This document shows, one piece after another, positions 9,749 to 20,044 of a DNA stretch of 47,083 nt (position 1 is the first letter of the stretch; every line of letters starts with the position of its first letter). Both the position numbers and the translations under genes were made by a program. The stretch spans positions 1 to 47,083 of the forward strand of contig CAYPVP010000004.1 of assembly GCA_964414205.1 (NCBI GenBank), given 5' to 3'. Source of the stretch: an uncultured Bacteroidaceae bacterium. Its GTDB lineage: Bacteria > Bacillota > Clostridia > Christensenellales > CAG-917. The notes under the pieces are model-generated. The model was given only the letters and a program-made list of their open reading frames with translations, was not told where the DNA came from and did not search any database.

Positions 9749-10067
9749 GCAAAACCAACCACCTTCCACTCAAATTTTGGTTTAATAATGCTCCACGCAC
9801 ACTCGTTTTTTATTTCATCAAGTCAACCACACAACGCACCAATCTATTTTGCTTGTCAAGAAAGTCATACAAAAACCAATTTATTTTTGCTTTCAAACTC
9901 TTGGCACAATCAAAATTACTTCATACCAATTTACACACTCAATTTTGGTTTAATGCAAAATTCAAATCAGTCAATTTTGGCTTTAAGCAAGAAAACACAC
10001 CAATCAATTTACTATCAAGTCACCCACTCAACAAACCAATCTATTTTTGCATTTTGTTTGTGCTGTG

Positions 10068-10096
10068 TTGACTTTGAAAATTCAATAGTTTATAAT
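10068..10096 (+). promoter_or_regulatory. sigmaA promoter with a palindrome in the spacer (possible autoregulatory operator)
   Basis: TTGACT-N17-TATAAT; spacer contains TTGAA-AA-TTCAA. Confidence 0.7.
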
Positions 10097-10123
10097 CAAT
10101 AACAATAAATTGTGGGGGCGTCT

Positions 10124-10690
10124 ATGTCAAACACTCAGGAAATTGCAGAACGATTGAAAGGTCTTCGTGAAATGATGGAAATTTCTACCAAAAGAATGGC
10201 AGAAGTTTGTTCAATGTCAGTGGAGCAATATGAAGAATTTGAAACTGGAAAAGTCGATTTTTCTGTGACTATGCTTTGCAAGTGCGCAGAAGAATTTGGC
10301 GTTGATGTGACTGCTTTGTTCACTGGACACACTCCAAAACTTCATGGCTATTCTGTTGTGAGAAATGGCGAAGGACTGAATGTTGAAAGAAGACATAGTT
10401 TTTCCTATCAACACCTTGCATCAAATTTTAAGGCAAGAGAAGCCGAGCCTTTTTTGGTCACTGCTCCATTCGTTCAAGAAGAGCAAAATTCACCAATCAA
10501 ACTTTCAACTCACCAAGGTCAAGAAATGGACTATGTTTTGAGTGGAAAATTGAAAGTGGTTGTTGGTGGAAAAACTGAAATTTTGAATGAGGGTGACACA
10601 ATTTTTTATGACAGCAATTTGCCTCATGGAATGATTGCCATAGACAATCAACCATGCAAGTTTTTGGCTGTTTTGATGAAAAAGAACTGA
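10124..10690 (+). CDS. XRE-family HTH plus cupin transcriptional regulator
   Basis: IAERLKGLRE HTH start; cupin motifs H.GQEMDYV and YDSNLPHGM. Confidence 0.92.
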   Translation: MSNTQEIAERLKGLREMMEISTKRMAEVCSMSVEQYEEFETGKVDFSVTMLCKCAEEFGVDVTALFTGHTPKLHGYSVVRNGEGLNVERRHSFSYQHLASNFKAREAEPFLVTAPFVQEEQNSPIKLSTHQGQEMDYVLSGKLKVVVGGKTEILNEGDTIFYDSNLPHGMIAIDNQPCKFLAVLMKKN

Positions 10691-10721
10691 ATTTGAATTT
10701 TTATTCTTGATTGGGGGCAAA

Positions 10722-11096
10722 ATGTTGACAGTAGAATTTGTATCGGACAAAAATGAACTTGAAAACGCGTTTCAAATTTTGAATGTTGAAAAAATAGATG
10801 ATGTTTCAAATTTCGTTTTGTATGAAGAAAATGTGCCGATTGGAATTGCTCAATTCAAACTTGAAAACATTGTGAAGATGGTCACATTTGTTGTTCGACA
10901 AGACAAAAAAGAAAAAGGCATTGAAGATTTCTTTTTTAGAAGTTTGTTGTTCAAAATGAGTTTTTGTCCATATGTTTTGCAAATTGACACCGTTGACAAA
11001 GAATTGCAAAAATTTGGATTTGAACAAAAAAACGGCAAGATGGAATTGCAAACAAAAAATGTGGTGTTTCCATCAGATTGTGGACATCAGCATTGA
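10722..11096 (+). CDS. Hypothetical protein, possibly a degenerate GNAT fold
   Basis: ATG 10722 after GGGGG; PIGIAQF...VVRQDKKEKGI resembles GNAT motif A. Confidence 0.6.
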   Translation: MLTVEFVSDKNELENAFQILNVEKIDDVSNFVLYEENVPIGIAQFKLENIVKMVTFVVRQDKKEKGIEDFFFRSLLFKMSFCPYVLQIDTVDKELQKFGFEQKNGKMELQTKNVVFPSDCGHQH

Positions 11097-11153
11097 AAAA
11101 TGAAAAAATTATAAAATTTGGAAATGAATAGAATCGATTTTAAAGGAAGCAAT

Positions 11154-12773
11154 ATGGAGAATAACAAAAGTTTTATTGATGACATAATTCAAGAAGATTT
11201 GGCAAGTGGAAAACATGACAAAATCATCACAAGATTTCCACCAGAACCAAATGGCTATTTGCACATTGGACATGCAAAAGCAATTTGCATCAATTTTGGA
11301 ATGAAAGAAAAATATCATGGAGAATGCAATTTGCGTTTTGATGACACCAATCCTTCAAAAGAAGACAATGAATATGTCGAATCTATCATGGAAGACATAA
11401 AATGGCTCGGCTTTCAATGGGACAGAGTGTTGTTTGCTTCTGACTATTTTGAAGAAATGTATAATCGTGCTGTGTTGCTCATCAAAAAAGGGCTTGCATA
11501 TGTCGATGACCAAACTGCTGAACAAATCAGTGCTAATCGTGGAACATTGACCACATCAGGAACTGACAGCCCATTTCGTAACAGAAGCATTGAAGAAAAC
11601 CTTGATTTGTTTGAAAGAATGAAAAATGGTGAATTTGCTGATGGCGAAAAGTGTTTGAGAGCAAAAGTTGACATGGCATCTCCAAACATCAACATGCGTG
11701 ACCCTGTCATCTATCGCATTTTGAGAGCAGAACATCCTCACACAGGCAACAAGTGGTTGATTTATCCAATATACGATTTTGCACACCCACTAGAAGACGC
11801 CATTGAGGGAATCACTCACTCACTTTGCTCACTTGAATTTGAAGACCACAGACCAATTTATGATTGGTTCACTCTCAATGCCGATTTTGACCCAAGACCT
11901 AGACAAATTGAATTTGCAAGACTCAATTTGACTCGTGCTGTCATGAGCAAAAGATATTTGAAAAAACTTGTTGATGGAGGCATTGTTTCAGGTTGGAACG
12001 ACCCTAGAATGAGCACTTTGTCTGGCATGAGAGAAAGAGGCTATCCACCAGAAGCAATTCGTGATTTCTGTTCTAGAATTGGCGTTTCAAAAGCAAATAG
12101 CGAAGTTGATGTTGCCATTTTGGAACATTGCGTGAGAGAAAATCTGAATGAAAATGCAACTCGTGCTATGGTTGTCAAAGAACCTTTGAAACTTGTTTTG
12201 GACAACTGGGCTGATGACAAAGTTGAAACAATAGAAATTGAAAACAATCCACAAAATGCTGATGCAGGCGTTCACACAACAAAACTTTCAAAGGAAATTT
12301 GGATTGAAAAAAGCGATTTTGAACTCAACCCTCCTCCAAAATATTTCCGATTGAAACCAAATGGAAAGGTGAGATTGAAAGGCGCTTATATTGTTGAATA
12401 TGCAAGTGTTGAACAAGATGAAAACGGCGAAGTGCTGGCCGTTCATTGCAACATCATTGAAGACAGCAAACAAGGTGGAGTCAATGCAGGAATCAAAGTC
12501 AAAGGAACAATTCATTGGGTTGATTCAAAAGAAAGTTTTGACGTGTCACTCAATCTCTATGACAGTTTGATTTTGGATGGAGATGGAGATTTTTCTGAAA
12601 GAATAAATCCAAATTCATTGGTCGTTGTCAAAGGAAAAGCAGAAAAATTTTTGCAAAATGCAAAAAAAGGCGACAGATTCCAATTTATGCGTCAAGGCTA
12701 TTTTGTGAAAAATGGTGTGGAAAATGAATTCAATTTGATTGTTGGTTTGAAAGATAGTTACAACAAAAAGTAA
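11154..12773 (+). CDS. glnS: Glutamine--tRNA ligase
   Basis: [37 protein letters not shown]. Confidence 0.97.
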   Translation: MENNKSFIDDIIQEDLASGKHDKIITRFPPEPNGYLHIGHAKAICINFGMKEKYHGECNLRFDDTNPSKEDNEYVESIMEDIKWLGFQWDRVLFASDYFEEMYNRAVLLIKKGLAYVDDQTAEQISANRGTLTTSGTDSPFRNRSIEENLDLFERMKNGEFADGEKCLRAKVDMASPNINMRDPVIYRILRAEHPHTGNKWLIYPIYDFAHPLEDAIEGITHSLCSLEFEDHRPIYDWFTLNADFDPRPRQIEFARLNLTRAVMSKRYLKKLVDGGIVSGWNDPRMSTLSGMRERGYPPEAIRDFCSRIGVSKANSEVDVAILEHCVRENLNENATRAMVVKEPLKLVLDNWADDKVETIEIENNPQNADAGVHTTKLSKEIWIEKSDFELNPPPKYFRLKPNGKVRLKGAYIVEYASVEQDENGEVLAVHCNIIEDSKQGGVNAGIKVKGTIHWVDSKESFDVSLNLYDSLILDGDGDFSERINPNSLVVVKGKAEKFLQNAKKGDRFQFMRQGYFVKNGVENEFNLIVGLKDSYNKK

Positions 12774-12801
12774 TAAATTGCATAACAAAACCAAAAAATA
12801 G

Positions 12802-12830
12802 AAGCAATAGTTTGGACTATTGCTTTTTTT
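12802..12830 (+). terminator. Intrinsic terminator after glnS
   Basis: AAGCAATAGT-TTGG-ACTATTGCTT followed by a T run. Confidence 0.8.
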
Positions 12831-12898
12831 ATTTTGAAAAATAGACATAATATTGTGCGTTTCAACAAATTGTAAAAAAATCTAAATGCAAAATACTA

Positions 12899-12927
12899 TT
12901 GAAAATTGATTTTGCACAATGTATAAT
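12899..12927 (+). promoter_or_regulatory. sigmaA promoter
   Basis: TTGAAA-N17-TATAAT. Confidence 0.65.
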
Positions 12928-12994
12928 TATTTTGATAAAGTATATTTTTTTGATGGCGTATTCAAATTGAAAAATAGAAAAAAGGAGCAAAATT

Positions 12995-14041
12995 ATGTTT
13001 TACTGCAAAAAATGTGGAAATGAAGTGAATGCTGGCAATGTTCATTGTTCAAATTGTGGTGCTGACGTTTTTGACAACTATGAAGTTGTTTGCGAAAAAT
13101 GTGGCAAACGAAATGCTGGTGGCAGTAAATTTTGTTCTGACTGTGGGGCTAGCCTTGCTGTGATTCGCAAGCCTGTTTGTGTGATTTGTGGTGCTGTCAA
13201 CGAACAAGGTGCAAAATTTTGTTCCAGTTGTGGCAGTTTGATGATGGTTTCAGAAGAAACACATAGTTTTGAAGACATCATAAAATTTCACAAATTGAAA
13301 ATGGACGCAACATCAGACAATGCTAGACAAGAAGAATTTGAAAAAGCACAAACCTCCAAGCGACTTGAAAAACTTGCCGAGGCTGAACTTGAAGTAGAAA
13401 AAGAAATTGAAAACAAAAAGAAAGATTTTGATGAATATGTGTCTTTGCAAAGTTTGAAATTGAAAAAATATAAAATTGCTCTTGAAAATGAACCAAGTTT
13501 TGAACATAAAAAACTTGCAAAAATGAGCGAAGAAGTTTCAAAATTTGCTCGATTTGTTGAAAAACCATATGAAAAATTGTCGGAAATTGAAAAAGCAAGA
13601 ACATATGCCGTTTGCCCTGTTTGTGGTGCAAAAAACACTTTGAATGATGAAAATTGCTATGCTTGTGGAAGAAATTTCAATCGCTCAATAGAACTTTTGA
13701 AAAAAGGGCTTTTGATTCGCATGCCAAACTATGGCAAGATTGAGGAATATACCATTTCAAAAGCAGACATTGACATTGAACCAAAAAGAATTGAATTTGA
13801 TGACATTGTTGCAAACAAAGAAGAATTGAAATCTGATGAAGAAAAACTGAAAAAAGTCATCAACGTTGATGAAAAATCTGCAACATTGGAAAACGAAAAA
13901 AGAAAGAATGTTCAAAACAACTTTGGAATTGGACAAGCCTCTCAGCCTATTGTTCAGCCTGTTGCTTTTGTGCCATATGTAACAAACGACCCAAAATTGA
14001 TAAAGAGTTTGAATCCATTTCAAGAAGGGGGCAAAAAATGA
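12995..14041 (+). CDS. Multi zinc-ribbon (DZR) and coiled-coil protein
   Basis: Eight CxxCG motifs (four ribbons) around a charged coiled coil; AAGGAG RBS. Confidence 0.85.
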   Translation: MFYCKKCGNEVNAGNVHCSNCGADVFDNYEVVCEKCGKRNAGGSKFCSDCGASLAVIRKPVCVICGAVNEQGAKFCSSCGSLMMVSEETHSFEDIIKFHKLKMDATSDNARQEEFEKAQTSKRLEKLAEAELEVEKEIENKKKDFDEYVSLQSLKLKKYKIALENEPSFEHKKLAKMSEEVSKFARFVEKPYEKLSEIEKARTYAVCPVCGAKNTLNDENCYACGRNFNRSIELLKKGLLIRMPNYGKIEEYTISKADIDIEPKRIEFDDIVANKEELKSDEEKLKKVINVDEKSATLENEKRKNVQNNFGIGQASQPIVQPVAFVPYVTNDPKLIKSLNPFQEGGKK

Positions 14042-14823
14042 AGGATGACAGTTTTGAAGTAGATGAAAATGAAATTGACATGTCCCCAATTCAAAATGAA
14101 CAATTCTTCAATCGAGAACCTGTTGTTTTGCCACCAATTGTTCAACCTTTGATTTTGAATGCAAGTGTAAACGCACAATCAAATTCACAAACAAGTGCGC
14201 AACCAAATTTTTATCAATCAAAAAATGGACCTGTTGAGTTGTGGACTCCTGCCCAAATCAAAAAGCGTAGAATTCGCAATTTGGTTTCAGGAATTTTGAT
14301 GTTTGTCAATTCTTTGCTCATCATTTTGTTGTTTGTGCTTTCATTTTCACCAATTTCGCAATCATTGGGCGGTTTTTACAGCATAGTTCCGTTTTTCAAG
14401 TTTGAAGGGACTTTGAATGTCATTGACTCGCTCTATATGTTCTTTTCCAATTTGGCAGTGGCATCAACATCTTGGAAACTTGCTTTGCCATCATTTTTGT
14501 TGGTTGTTTCTTTGATTTTTGTGCTTGTGAACACTGGCGAGGCTATTGCAAACATGTGCTGGCGAACAAGAGGAATCAGCACGATTGGTGGAAGTTTTGT
14601 GTCACTTTTGTTTGCAATAATACCATTTTTTATGGCAATCATTGGTGCAGAAACTTTGCTTGGCTATCCAAAAGTTCCTGTTGCAGAAATGTTTGCAAAT
14701 TTGAGCGCTCCAACATCAAATTCGGCAATAATTATGTTTGTGTTTGCTGAAAATTTGCTTATGTCAATTTTGTGTGCTATAATCAAAGCACCAAAACCTA
14801 AGTCGGTTTCTATCTATCGCTAG
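14038..14823 (+). CDS. Hypothetical membrane protein, about 4 TM segments
   Basis: ATGA overlap with the upstream gene; polar N-terminus followed by hydrophobic segments. Confidence 0.8.
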   Translation: MKDDSFEVDENEIDMSPIQNEQFFNREPVVLPPIVQPLILNASVNAQSNSQTSAQPNFYQSKNGPVELWTPAQIKKRRIRNLVSGILMFVNSLLIILLFVLSFSPISQSLGGFYSIVPFFKFEGTLNVIDSLYMFFSNLAVASTSWKLALPSFLLVVSLIFVLVNTGEAIANMCWRTRGISTIGGSFVSLLFAIIPFFMAIIGAETLLGYPKVPVAEMFANLSAPTSNSAIIMFVFAENLLMSILCAIIKAPKPKSVSIYR

Positions 14824-14876
14824 GTTTCAAAAGAATAAATTTTGGGCGACCCGATGGTCGCCCGTTTAGGTTTGAT

Positions 14877-15671
14877 ATGTCATTTAAAATTAGTTCGCTT
14901 GCAAGTGGAAGCAAAGGCAATTCCATTTTGGTGAGCAACGGAAAAACAAACATACTTGTTGACGCTGGAATTTCGTTTTCAAGAATCAAAAGAGGACTTC
15001 AAGACTTCAATTTGTCTGTTGAAGACTTGAATGGCGTCGTCATCACTCATGAACACAGCGACCATATCGCAGGCCTTCCAATGCTGTCAAAATGTGTCAA
15101 GATTTTTGCACATGAAAAAACTGCAAATGCCATTGTTCAAAAAGGAAAAATGACTGATGAGGCGTTTTGTCATGTGGACTATTTTGAAAACGGTTTCAAC
15201 TTGGGTGACATTTTTGTTTCGCCATTCCGAATTCCACATGATGCAGTCTATCCTCTTGCCTACGCATTTTACAGCAAGGGACAAAAAATCGCTGTTGCGA
15301 CCGACATTGGACACGCAAATCGTGGAGTTTTGAACAATTTGACAAGTTGCAACATTTTGTTTTTGGAAGCAAATCATGATGAAGAAATGTTGCGAACAGG
15401 AAAATATCCTGAAATGCTCAAAAAGAGAATTTTGGGTGACAATGGACACCTTTCAAATTCAACATCAGGCAAAATTGTTGAAAATGTGCTTGGAAATCGT
15501 TTGGAAAGAGTCATTTTGGGGCACCTTTCAGAAGAAAACAACACTGCCAAAATGGCATTTGACACTGTCGCAAAAAGCATGGAAAGATGTGGTGTGCAAC
15601 TTGGAAAAGATGTTTGCCTTGAAGTGGCAACTCAAAACATAAAAACAAAATTTTTTGAAGTGGAACGATGA
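14877..15671 (+). CDS. MBL-fold metallohydrolase, YycJ/WalJ-like
   Basis: LASGSKGN, THEHSDH, EANHD, GHLS. Confidence 0.93.
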   Translation: MSFKISSLASGSKGNSILVSNGKTNILVDAGISFSRIKRGLQDFNLSVEDLNGVVITHEHSDHIAGLPMLSKCVKIFAHEKTANAIVQKGKMTDEAFCHVDYFENGFNLGDIFVSPFRIPHDAVYPLAYAFYSKGQKIAVATDIGHANRGVLNNLTSCNILFLEANHDEEMLRTGKYPEMLKKRILGDNGHLSNSTSGKIVENVLGNRLERVILGHLSEENNTAKMAFDTVAKSMERCGVQLGKDVCLEVATQNIKTKFFEVER

Positions 15672-16768
15672 AAAACAATTTGAAAAAACAAAATTTTAAT
15701 GTCTATGACAGTGGTTTCGCTTTTGCGCTTGCCTATGGGGTGATGGCACTCATGCAAATCATTTGTGTTGAAGCATTCCGTGGAAATTCCAACGATTTTG
15801 GTGGAATTGCCATTGCAAACTGGGTGATTTTGGCGTTGAATCAAGTTGCCATTTTGATTGCCCTTGTTGGCTATTCTTTTGCACGCAAGACAAATTTTTT
15901 GCATGCCACAAAATTGAACGTCGCTCCAAATTGGAAACAAGTTTTGTTGATTCCGTTCATTTCGCTTGCTTGCATTCTTGCTTTTTTGCCACTTTCTGAA
16001 ATGTTTTCTGCATTGCTCCAATTGATGGGCTTTGAAAACCCAATGCAAGTTGCTACATCATCAAATTTGGGAGTTTATTTTTTAAATTTGTTTGTTGTGG
16101 CATTGTTGCCTGCAATTTCAGAAGAACTTTTGATGCGTGGTGTTGTTGTTTCAGGGTTTAGAGAGCGAACACCTGCTTTTGCAATTTTGGTTTCTTCGTT
16201 GATTTTTTCTTTGATGCACCAAAACCCTGCTCAAACAATTCATCAATTCTTGTTTGGAATTGTGCTTTGTCTTGTGTTTTTGTTTTCAGAATCAATCTAC
16301 ATTCCAATGCTACTGCACTTCTTCAACAATTTCATTGCAATCACTGTTTCCACATTTGCAACTTCAAGTTTGCTTGTTGGGCTTGGCAACATGATTTGGC
16401 TTGTTTATGTTGCAATGTTGATTGTTGGACTTTTTGTTTTGTCATTCTTGCTCTATTGTTTCTTTTTGTTTTCTCCAAAACGCAAAGAAGCCGACAAACT
16501 TGTTGTGCAGTCTCAAACCGAAGAATTTTCTTTCAAAATTGTTGAAGAAGAAAAGCCAAAAACCAAAATTGGAATTGCAAAATCAGATTTCCATTTTTTC
16601 CGTTTTTTTGCTGGAATGTTCACTGGCTCAACTTGGAAAAAACTAAAATACATTTTGACTGATGAAAGAACTGGCGTTTCAAAATCTCCAAAAGACTGTT
16701 TCACTGTTTGGCTGGTGGTTGCAGTTTTGGCAATAATGTGGATTGTTGCTTTGGTAAAAGGAATTTGA
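15668..16768 (+). CDS. CPBP (CAAX-type) intramembrane metalloprotease
   Basis: EELLMRG, FSLMH, HFFNN. Confidence 0.92.
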   Translation: MKNNLKKQNFNVYDSGFAFALAYGVMALMQIICVEAFRGNSNDFGGIAIANWVILALNQVAILIALVGYSFARKTNFLHATKLNVAPNWKQVLLIPFISLACILAFLPLSEMFSALLQLMGFENPMQVATSSNLGVYFLNLFVVALLPAISEELLMRGVVVSGFRERTPAFAILVSSLIFSLMHQNPAQTIHQFLFGIVLCLVFLFSESIYIPMLLHFFNNFIAITVSTFATSSLLVGLGNMIWLVYVAMLIVGLFVLSFLLYCFFLFSPKRKEADKLVVQSQTEEFSFKIVEEEKPKTKIGIAKSDFHFFRFFAGMFTGSTWKKLKYILTDERTGVSKSPKDCFTVWLVVAVLAIMWIVALVKGI

Positions 16769-16769
16769 T

Positions 16770-17879
16770 ATGTTTTCAAAGAAAAAAAGTTTTTCAACCT
16801 CAATCATTTATTTTGTCGTTGTCTTGTTTACGCTTGTTGTTAGAATAAGTTTTTCTTTCATTCCAAACAACATTGGAGAAATGAGTTCTGACAATTTGTT
16901 TGCAATTTTGATTCAAATTGGAGTTTTTGGCTTGTTGCCTTTTTCAATGTATTTGATTTTGAATCGAGATTTTTCCTATTCACCATTGAACCAATTTGAT
17001 GACATGTGCTGGCGTTTTGGGTTTGCAAAAAAAGTTGGGGCGAAAAATTGGCTCAAAACAATTGTAATCACAATTTTGACAATTTTTACGGCACAATTTG
17101 TTTCAATCATTTCTCAAACATTGTTGATTTTGTGTGGATTCAACATTCCACAAGCCTCGCCCACTGTTTTCAATGGTGTTGGCGATTTGTTTTTGCAACT
17201 TTTTATGGTTGCTGTTTTGCCTGCTTTTTTTGAAGAATTCACTCATCGTGGATTGCTGATTTCAGGTTTTCAAGAAAATAATTCAAAAAATGTTTTGAAA
17301 GTCATTTTGATGTCTGCTTTGCTGTTTTCACTCATGCACCAAAACATAAGGCAAACAGGCTATACATTTTATGATGGTTTGATTTTGGCTACTTTGTTTT
17401 GTTTTACAAAAAGCATATGGCCATCAATTTTTTTGCATTTTGTAAACAACGCATTTTCAATTTTTTCTGAATATGTTGATTCAACTGTCGGTTCCACTGT
17501 TTCTGACCAAATTTTTGGTTGGTTCACATCGGGAATTGGACAATATTTTTTGTATGCAATTTTGGTTATGCTTGCAATGTTTGCCATCATTTGGTTGCTT
17601 GTTTCAATGAAAGAAGAAAACGATGAAGAAAATCAAAAACTTGCCTATCAATCAGTTGTGTTGAAAAATGTTTTGAAGACTAAAATTGTGTTTGACACCA
17701 AACGAAAAAAATCAAAATGTCAATCCATTGCTTTTTTTGCTTGCAATCACAGAATTGAAGAATTTTCAGTTTCTGCAAATGCAAAAGAAAAATTTTTGGC
17801 AAAAACATTTTTATGTTTGATTGTTGTTGTTGGAATTGCATGTGCAGTCATGTCATTTGTTTGGGGATTGCTGAGATGA
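16770..17879 (+). CDS. CPBP (CAAX-type) intramembrane metalloprotease
   Basis: EEFTHRG, FSLMH, HFVNN. Confidence 0.92.
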   Translation: MFSKKKSFSTSIIYFVVVLFTLVVRISFSFIPNNIGEMSSDNLFAILIQIGVFGLLPFSMYLILNRDFSYSPLNQFDDMCWRFGFAKKVGAKNWLKTIVITILTIFTAQFVSIISQTLLILCGFNIPQASPTVFNGVGDLFLQLFMVAVLPAFFEEFTHRGLLISGFQENNSKNVLKVILMSALLFSLMHQNIRQTGYTFYDGLILATLFCFTKSIWPSIFLHFVNNAFSIFSEYVDSTVGSTVSDQIFGWFTSGIGQYFLYAILVMLAMFAIIWLLVSMKEENDEENQKLAYQSVVLKNVLKTKIVFDTKRKKSKCQSIAFFACNHRIEEFSVSANAKEKFLAKTFLCLIVVVGIACAVMSFVWGLLR

Positions 17880-18334
17880 AAATTACGCTCGTTGCAGTTG
17901 GAAAAATCAAAGAAAAATTTTTTGTTGATGCAATCAAAGAGTATGAAAAACGACTTTCACGCTTTTGCAATTTTTCAGTTGTGGAAGTGGCAGAATCATT
18001 GCCATCAAAATCTTGCCAAGAACAAATTGAGGAAGAAAACAAAAGATTGCTTGAAAAATGCAAAGGCTGTGTTGTGGCTTTTGATTTGAAAGGGGAACAT
18101 TTGACAAGCGAACAATTTGCTGATTTTTTTGACAAAACAATGTCGAATGGACAAAGTGAATTTACATTTTTGATTGGTGGTTCAAATGGCCTTGGAGAAG
18201 AATTGCGAAAAAAAGTTGACAAAAAACTTGCATTTTCAAAACTGACTTTTCCACATCAATTGTTCAGAGTCATGGCAGTTGAACAAATTTATCGAGCATT
18301 GACAATCAATGCAGGTCTTCCCTATCACAAATGA
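17876..18334 (+). CDS. rlmH: 23S rRNA pseudouridine-1915 N3-methyltransferase
   Basis: MKITLVAVGKIKE, FLIGGSNG, TFPHQLFR..EQIYRA..PYHK. Confidence 0.97.
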   Translation: MKITLVAVGKIKEKFFVDAIKEYEKRLSRFCNFSVVEVAESLPSKSCQEQIEEENKRLLEKCKGCVVAFDLKGEHLTSEQFADFFDKTMSNGQSEFTFLIGGSNGLGEELRKKVDKKLAFSKLTFPHQLFRVMAVEQIYRALTINAGLPYHK

Positions 18335-18396
18335 TTTTGAAAACATAATAAACATACTCTACCAACTTTAAAACACACATATTCACACCCCCAAAA

Positions 18397-18425
18397 CACA
18401 CAAACTCTCAAATTTTCATAGCATA
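18397..18425 (+). promoter_or_regulatory. sigmaK-like mother-cell promoter
   Basis: CACA-N16-CATAGCATA, ending 4 nt before ATG 18430; no SD. Confidence 0.55.
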
Positions 18426-18429
18426 AAGA

Positions 18430-19281
18430 ATGAGAATGGAAGATTTTTATGGCTGTTTGGAACTTGAAAAAGACATTGAAACGCTTGATGTTGGCTTTGC
18501 AAAATTGGAAATTGGAAAATCATTGTTTGGACGACCAATTTATGCCTTTGAAAAAATTGTGAATGGAGAAGCACCAAGCATTTTGCTTGTTGGAGCAATT
18601 CATGCACGAGAATTTGTCACTGCAAAACTGTCATTGGAGATTGCAAAACTTGCAAAGACTTCGGTTGCAGTTGTTCCCATTGCAAACCCTGACGGCGTTG
18701 AACTTGTTGGAAAAGGGCTTCAATCTTGTCCAATTTCAAAAAGGAAAATGTTGTTTGAAATCAACCAAAACAAAAAAGATTTTTCAATGTGGAAAGCAAA
18801 TGGTCGAGGCGTTGATTTGAATGTCAACTTTGATGCCGATTGGGGACAAGGCGACAAAAATGTGTTTTTACCTTCAAGTGAAAACTATGTTGGGCAATGT
18901 CCGTTTTCTGAAAGCGAAACCTATGCTTTGAAAACCTATGCTGAAAAGTTTGAAACCTTGCTTTGCTATCACACAAAAGGTGAAGTTGTTTATTGGGGGT
19001 TTCACAATGAAACAGCATCACAAAATTTGGCAAAAAAACTTGCCAAAAGAACAGGCTATGCACAAGAAAAGCCATATGGTTCGTGTGGTGGAATGAAAGA
19101 TTGGTTCACTCTGAACAATTTGGGAATTGCAGTTACGATTGAATGTGGCAGTGATGATTTGTTGCATCCCGTTGGACTTGATGAACTTGAAGAACTATTG
19201 AAAAAGCATTGTGATGATATTGAAATTGCAAACGAGGCACAAAATGAACGAAAACGAAAAGTTTATGATGAGAGCGATTGA
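18430..19281 (+). CDS. M14 zinc carboxypeptidase (gamma-D-glutamyl-mDAP peptidase-like)
   Basis: HARE, NPDG, WKANGRGVDLNVNF, SESET, YHTKG. Confidence 0.9.
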   Translation: MRMEDFYGCLELEKDIETLDVGFAKLEIGKSLFGRPIYAFEKIVNGEAPSILLVGAIHAREFVTAKLSLEIAKLAKTSVAVVPIANPDGVELVGKGLQSCPISKRKMLFEINQNKKDFSMWKANGRGVDLNVNFDADWGQGDKNVFLPSSENYVGQCPFSESETYALKTYAEKFETLLCYHTKGEVVYWGFHNETASQNLAKKLAKRTGYAQEKPYGSCGGMKDWFTLNNLGIAVTIECGSDDLLHPVGLDELEELLKKHCDDIEIANEAQNERKRKVYDESD

Positions 19282-19735
19282 ACTTGCCAAGCAAGGAGGG
19301 CAACAAGATGAAGTCCCTGTTGGCGCTGTTGTTGTTTTGAATGGCGAAATCATTTCGGAAGCATTCAATCAAAAGGAAAAACTCAATCAAGCCACACGCC
19401 ATGCAGAGATGCTTGCCATTGAACAGGCTGAAAGCAAAATTGGAAATTGGTGGCTTGAAGATTGTGAACTTTATGTCACACTTGAACCATGTCAAATGTG
19501 TGCCTATGCTTGCGTTCTTTCAAGACTTAAAAAAGTCTGGTTTGGAGCAAAAGACTTGAAAACTGGTGCATGTGGAACTGTGTTTGATGTTTTCAAACAA
19601 AATCACAATCATCATGTAGAATGTCAAGGTGGCATTTTGGAAACTGAATGCAGTGAACTTTTGACGTTGTTTTTCAAGAACAAAAGAGACAAAAGAAAGA
19701 ACGAAAAAGAACAAGAGAAAACAAAAGAAGAATAG
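19244..19735 (+). CDS. tadA: tRNA adenosine(34) deaminase
   Basis: EVPVGAVV, HAE, TLEPCQMC. Confidence 0.93.
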   Translation: MNENEKFMMRAIELAKQGGQQDEVPVGAVVVLNGEIISEAFNQKEKLNQATRHAEMLAIEQAESKIGNWWLEDCELYVTLEPCQMCAYACVLSRLKKVWFGAKDLKTGACGTVFDVFKQNHNHHVECQGGILETECSELLTLFFKNKRDKRKNEKEQEKTKEE

Positions 19736-20044
19736 CAATAAAATATAATAAAAAATATAATGGAAATGCCTGAATGATTCTTATAATAGGAATGAAAAAT
19801 TTATAACAGAAATAATGATTCAATAATTAAGATTATAAAAGAATCAATATTAAGAGGACAAAAATTTAAAAGTTGATTTTTTAAAATATGGTGTTTTCAA
19901 AAAGGCATTTTTAAAGTTGAATTTGATAAAAATACAGTTTGATTGAAAAAGTTTGACACGGTTAAAAAAGTCAATTAGAGTGGTGAACAAAAGACAAACA
20001 TAGGCTGTTTGCAACTTAGATTTTATTCTTGCATATATTTAATT

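Noticed and set aside
9736-10102. ORFs of 111 and 119 aa after the lipoprotein terminator
   Set aside because: They start inside the terminator tail, lack an RBS and span degenerate repeats.
18300-18430. SCC-like element integrated at the rlmH 3' end
   Set aside because: No recombinase or direct repeat is seen, and core genes continue immediately.
19736-20044. SRP RNA or tRNA after tadA
   Set aside because: The gap is extremely AT-rich with no GC-rich stems or tRNA motifs.
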